Under the pieces are notes generated by a model, which had not been told where the DNA came from, did no database searches, and saw only the letters and a list, made by a program, of their open reading frames with translations. Made by a program: the position numbers and the translations under genes. A DNA stretch of 63,086 bases, the filler included, from Chiloscyllium plagiosum (Eukaryota): the NCBI RefSeq assembly GCF_004010195.1. It is 4 parts of one record of this genome, joined end to end, with 100 filler letters (N's around TTAATTAATTAA, not from the genome) between each part and the next. Parts side by side here need not be neighbours in the genome. Positions count along the whole stretch, not along the records: positions 48,895 to 61,446 come from NC_057712.1; positions 61,547 to 63,086 come from NC_057712.1; 2 more parts are not named here. One strand, written 5' to 3'. Within the stretch, counting starts at the first letter, position 1, and each line of letters starts with the position of its first letter. This document shows, one piece after another, positions 58,193-63,086 of this stretch.

Positions 58193-59464
58193 CGTTTAGT
58201 CAGGTACCTGAAGGGGTTTGAGGTTGTAGCTGGGTCTGGAGTTGATGAGCCTAAGGCAGCAGCTCCACCAGCATAGGTGCGGCTAGGGCCTGCTGCGTTT
58301 GGGCTTGCCATGGTGTGCCGCTGGGTGGCTCTGGTGTTCCTTCCTCTGTGTGGGCCTCAGGCGAAGGAGGCATGGGTTGTAGCTGCAACAGTCCTTGGTG
58401 TCCTGGCCTTGGTGACAGCAGAGGTGTTACACCCAGGCCCCAGCAACAGTCTTCAGTTTAGGGGGGCCCTCAGCGAGCACCAGGCAGCAGTGGTGAAGGC
58501 AGGCCCCAGGCAGCAGCAGTCCAAATTCCAGGGGATCCTCATGTCAAGTCCCAGGCAGCAGCAGCAAAGGTGAGTCCCAGGTGTAGTTGGGGTCCAGGCA
58601 GCAGTAACAGGCCGAGGTGTAGGCAGAGCTCAGGCAACAGCACTGAGGTGTATGCAAGCCCCAGGCTGTAACAGTGGGAGCAGGCCCAGGCTGCAGCAGC
58701 AACAGCGGTGATGGCTGCCTGTGCAGCTCAAAAATAAAGAAACCAAAAACAGAAAAGAAACAAGTATCTTCCCTCAATGAAAAAAACAGGGGAGAAAGAC
58801 AAAGAAAACTCTTCTCCTCCAGCCTGGAGCACCAGCCAGCACAGAGTCTGTGCTCTGAACTGAGGAAACTCTAAATCTCCTGGTTATATTGGTCAACCAG
58901 GACTTTTCTGATTGTCCCAATTCTGAATATGGGCCAAATCCAGGCAAATCGCATGAGGTCAGTTTAGGAATCATGGTTGGCATGGATGTGTGAGGCCAAA
59001 GGATTTGTTTCTGTGTTGTACAACTGTATACTTTGCTTGTAACTTAATATTATTTGAAATTTTCCACTTGTCCTAAGTGCCCATTCTGTCAACACCAATT
59101 TGCTTCACAATTCCCCTGGCCTTGACCAAGCTGTCTGCATATGCTTACACCTGCTTACCTGCATGCGCCCACATCCCTGACCACCCCACTCCTCCCTTAA
59201 TTTCTTTGAATATAGTTGACAGAACAACTGTTGCTATACCCTCAAAAGACCTGACTTGCCAGTGCTGGCCCAGATCTGCCCAAACTGGTGGCTAAACATG
59301 TCCCTGATGTCAACACATCTTCCCCTTTTCTAGTCCCAATGGAGACAAAGGACTAATTGTGACCTGCTCCCCTGCAGCGTGGTGTGATTGACCACCTGTG
59401 CAAAACCATCCCGGCCAGATACACTTGACTGTGGTCAATGCCCAAGTTTGGTGTGAGAAGCTGT

Positions 59465-59755
59465 CATAGAGTCAGAGAATCATCAAGGTGTACAGCACAG
59501 AAACAGAACCTTCGGTCCAACATGTTGACCAGAGATCCTAAATTATTCTAGCCCCATTTGCAGCACTTGGTACATATCCTCCAAACCCTTCCTATTCACG
59601 TACCCATCCAGATGCCTTTTAAATATTGTAATTGTGCCAGCCTCCATCACTTCCTCTGGCAGCTCATTCCATACACACACCACACTTTGAGTGAAGAAGT
59701 TGCTCCTTTGGTTCCTTTTATTTTTTTCCCCTCTCACCTTAAACCTATGCCCTCT
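59465..59755 (-). mobile_element. CR1 3' end fragment
   Basis: NFFTQSVVCVWNELPEEVMEAGTITIFKRHLDGYVN. Confidence 0.88.
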
Positions 59756-60116
59756 ATCAGCCCACAGGTCTAATAATTTGCTCAGTTCATCTTTCCTGTT
59801 GATTGTAACTTTCTTGAGTTCTTTCCATTTCCCAATTTACAGCAATTTTCAGACACAAAATGCATTTGCCATTTCCTATTTTTCCATTATTAGTTCATCA
59901 TACACAGCTTTTGTCAGACCAATGTTCACTTTTTGTTCACACTTTGCTTCAGATTACAGGCTTTCAAAAAGTACAGCCTAGATTTAATCCAACTGATTGG
60001 AGTGTGAAACATTACAGCTGGATCCACTTAATCATGGGAGAGGCCCAATTTTGGTGTCCTGTTGGCAATGAAACAGTCAGAGGGCATAAAGGGCTCCTGC
60101 ATGATTTGCAGTTAGT

Positions 60117-61303
60117 TTTCTTTTTTATTGCAGTCCACTCCCTGCGGCGACACTTCTTTTTATCTTTTTTTTTCTTTTTTCTTTTTCACGCCTCTCCTGA
60201 TTTTTTTTATATATAATACACACTCCTGTTGCTTTTTTTTAAAATTTAACCCCCACACTACCACCTAAGTGCGGTAGTGCTTATTTTTTTCCCCAGCACC
60301 CATGGTGTGTGTGTGCAGGTGTGAGACACAGTGAAAGACACAAAGTGCACGAATCTTTATTCAAATTCCACCACCAGGAAGATAGGAAAACACCCGGGTG
60401 GCCAGTGACAAACACTGTCCTTCACATCAAAGGGCAGTGCTGTGTGATCAAAACAGTGAAGGGGAGGGTAGGGACTAAATCAAAATAGAGTTGGAGGGAG
60501 AAATAATGCACTCCACTCCCTGCAGCGCCCACCTCTCCCTGAACAACTCCAGGGTGTTGGTGGACACCGCGTGCTCCTTCTCCAAGGACACCCGGGCTCT
60601 AACGTAACCGCGGAAGAGGGGCAGGCAGTCAGCCCTAACGACCCCCTCCACGGCCCGCTGCCCGGAACTGTTAATGGCCAGTTTGGCTAGGCCCAGGAGC
60701 AGACACGAGGAGGTTTTCAGACCTGCCTCCGTACCGGGTGCCCAAAGATCAGGAGCGTGGGACTGAAGTGCAACCAAAAGCAGAGGAGGAGGTTTTTCAG
60801 GAAATCAAAAAGGGAGTGCAAACGCCCACACCCCATATATACGTGGGCCACGGACTCCACAACGCCACAAATAGGCATCTGGGCTGGGAGTCCGTGAACC
60901 ACCGCAACCTGCGGTTGCAGGGGACTGCTGCGTGCAGCACCCTCCACCCCAGATCCCCGAGAGAAAGGGGGAGGACTCCCGCGTAGAGAGCCCTCCACTG
61001 GGGATCCCCACCGCCCGGTGGCAAATGGGCACGCCAAGGCGTGTCCGGACGGTGGATGAGGGAGAAGAGGTGGACGGTGTGCAGCAGCAGTCTATACAGG
61101 GCCTTTCTCTCCACCTCCCTAAACAAAACAAAATTAAAATTTCGCAGGTGGCTCAGGTTGTGGGGCACAGGCTCCCGCGGGAAGTACGGGACCTTGGGGC
61201 CAATGTGAAATTCCATCCGGGCTGGGGTGAGTGCGGACGGGATCCCACCGCACACCTGAGCATCCTCCAACTGGTGCACTACATCGGGTCCGAGCACCGC
61301 CGT
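60117..61303 (-). mobile_element. Tx1 family 1 copy, 5'-truncated, with complete 3' UTR and segmented A-rich tail
   Basis: GDLGWRVLHAAVPCN...ECIISPSNSILI*; 3' stem-loop CACTACC...GGTAGTG; TSD TGATTTGCAGTTAGT (60102-60116, 61304-61318). Confidence 0.93.
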
Positions 61304-61318
61304 TGATTTGCAGTTAGT

Positions 61319-61446
61319 CTTTTCTTTTGTTTTTTTATTTCTTTTTCGGTTTTTTTTGTTTTTTTTTATTTTAACCCCCACACTACCACCTAAGTGCGGT
61401 AGTGCTTTTTTTTCCCCAGCACCCATGGTGGAGCCTGGCCCCACAG
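61319..61446 (-). mobile_element. 3' end of another Tx1 family 1 copy
   Basis: Same TTAACCCCCACACTACCACCTAAGTGCGGTAGTG...CACCCATGGTG terminus and A-rich tail as 60240-60308. Confidence 0.88.
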
Positions 61447-61546
61447 NNNNNNNNNNNNNNNNNNNNNNNNNNNNNNNNNNNNNNNNNNNNTTAATTAATT
61501 AANNNNNNNNNNNNNNNNNNNNNNNNNNNNNNNNNNNNNNNNNNNN
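61447..61546. other. Artificial scaffold linker
   Basis: 44 N + TTAATTAATTAA + 44 N. Confidence 0.97.
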
Positions 61547-62373
61547 ATGAAGTTCAATGTGAGCAATTGCGAGGTCTTGCACTTTGGAAAAAAGAATACA
61601 AGCATGGACTACTTTCTAAACGGTGAGAAAATTCATAAAGCCAAAGTACAAAGGGATCTGGGAGTGCTAGTCGAGGATTCTCTAAAGGTAAACATGCAGG
61701 TTGAATCCGTGATTAAGAAAGCGAATGCAATGTTGTCATTTATCTCAAGAGGGTTGGAATATAAAAGCAGCGATGTGCTACTGAGACTTTATAAAGCTCT
61801 GGTTAGGCCCCATTTGGAGTACTGTGTCCAGTTTTGGGCCCCACACCTCAGGAGGGACATACTGGTACTGGAGCGTGTCCAGCGGAGATTCACACGGATA
61901 ATCCCTGGAATGGTAGGTCTAACATAGGAGGAACGGCTGAGGATCCTGGGATTGTACTCATTGGAGTTTAGAAGGTTAAGGGGAGATCTAATAGAAACTT
62001 ATAAGATAATACATGGCTTGGAAAGGGTGGACGCTAAGAAATTGTTTCCCTTAGGCGGGGAGACTAGGACCCGTGGGCACAGCCTTAAAATTAGAGGGGG
62101 TCAATTCAGAACAGAAATGCGGAGAAATTTCTTCAGCCAGAGAGTGGTGGGCCTGTGGGATTCATTGCCGCGGAGTATAGTGGAGGCCGGGACGCTAAAT
62201 GTCTGCAAGGCAGAGATTGATAAATTCTTGATGTCACCAAGAATTAAGGGCTACAGGGAGAATGCAGGTCAGTGGAGTTGAAATGCCCATCAGCCATGAT
62301 TAAATGGCGAAATGGACTCGATGGGCTGAATGGCCTTACTTCCACTCCTATGTCTTATGGTCTTATGGTCTTA
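61547..62373 (+). mobile_element. Young CR1 3' portion
   Basis: Clean ORF2 C-terminus (LYKALVRPHLEYCVQFWAP) with a single in-frame TAG at 61925; (TCTTATGG)n tail. Confidence 0.95.
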
Positions 62374-62384
62374 TTACTTAACAA

Positions 62385-62659
62385 ATTATGTCTTAATGAG
62401 GAAATAGTGACCATCACGCATTCAAACAGATGAGAAATGGGTGGAGATACATCAAATTGTTTTGCCAGTAGGGTATCGAAAGGAGGTGCTATGACTTGGA
62501 GGCGATTTAGGAGTGCGGAAAACATAGGTTAAAATACAAAGACATTTTTACGAGCCTGGACTACACAAATACGTAGTTAAATTTTGCCAGATGTGTCAAA
62601 AACCACAGGCAATAATAAAACCTGCACTTTTAATACCTATTCCAGCATTTAAGGAACCT
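62385..62659 (+). mobile_element. Gmr1-type Gypsy integrase zinc-binding fragment
   Basis: QIVLPVGYRKEVL, QRHFYEPGLHKYVVKFCQMCQKPQAIIKPALLIPIPAFKEP; homologous to 18136-18310. Confidence 0.8.
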
Positions 62660-62763
62660 GCTGCGGGCGCTGTAGCGGCCACGTGGTTAATGGCGCCAGA
62701 GTAATTTCGGAGGCCGATGAAAGATTCTGGAACAGTTGAGGAACCCAGAGTGTGGGGGTAAGT
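62660..62763 (+). promoter_or_regulatory. Candidate CpG-rich first exon with splice donor
   Basis: CpG cluster, CACGTG, ATG at 62717 (MKDSGTVEEPRVW), then GG|GTAAGT at 62758. Confidence 0.35.
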
Positions 62764-62877
62764 ACATGAAAGTTTTTGGCACTTACTGTCTTTAATTTCC
62801 GATATGACTAGGAAGAACTGTTTGTTTAGTGTATGGATTCTTCTGTGGATGCACTGATCTTTACACCGCTGAGGCTA

Positions 62878-63086
62878 AACACCTCCTCCTACTGCCCCCT
62901 TGACCATGACCCCACCTCCCACCACCAAACCATCATCTCCCAGACCATCCATAACCTCATCACCTCAGGGGAATCTCCCATCCACCGCCTCCAACCTCAT
63001 AGTCCCACAACCCCGCACCGCCCGTTTCTACCTCCTGCCCAAAATCCACAAACCTGACTGCCCCGGCCGACCCATTGTCTCAGCCT
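62878..63086 (+). mobile_element. Neptune-type PLE RT N-terminal fragment, runs off the window
   Basis: YCPLDHDPT...RTARFYLLPKIHKPDCPGRPIVS. Confidence 0.9.

Larger units (their letters stand above)
51845..58870 (-). mobile_element. Near full-length degenerate Tx1-clade LINE (family 1): 5' UTR, ORF1 (ATG 58311, zinc knuckle), ORF2 (ATG 56185 to stop 51928)
   Basis: ORF1 IVISNVPPFI, CHLCHEVGHIRKNHP; ORF2 SLNIN, FVNVYTP, LLRDFNC, LKNWHQVSLLSTDYRI, SLDQERMFDRVNH, GVRQGCLLS, AYTDDV, GDLGWRVLH. Confidence 0.92.

Noticed and set aside
59150..59300. Minus-strand donor CAG|GTAAGC
   Set aside because: A lone motif with no supported acceptor or recognisable coding frame.

Overview
Repeat-dense eukaryotic (vertebrate) DNA. 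The HE1/V-SINE-type SINEs, HER1/CR1-type LINEs, Deu-domain SINEs and Penelope elements point to a cartilaginous fish (shark). I found no intact host gene, RNA gene or CRISPR array; nearly all listed ORFs are transposon remnants or noise. The window is four scaffolds joined by artificial 100-bp linkers (44 N + TTAATTAATTAA + 44 N). It holds many CR1 fragments, a second CR1/L2-group LINE, two Rex1/Babar LINEs and two Tx1-clade families (one near full length). It also holds three lineages of Penelope-like elements (PLEs) with hammerhead-ribozyme motifs, a Gmr1-type Gypsy remnant (integrase before RT), Tigger-like MITEs and two complex satellites with higher-order structure. The most notable patterns are: (i) PLE insertions with target-site duplications (TSDs) whose inverted or tail-less pieces end at a near-constant point 33-35 nt from the element 3' end; (ii) two Tx1 copies stacked at one site, one with a tail containing pieces of its own ORF2 end; (iii) splice-signal-rich CR1 5' UTRs; (iv) two CpG-rich promoter/first-exon candidates, one carrying a frame-preserving PLE insertion. 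All family assignments are by eye from recalled motifs, and repeat boundaries are approximate.
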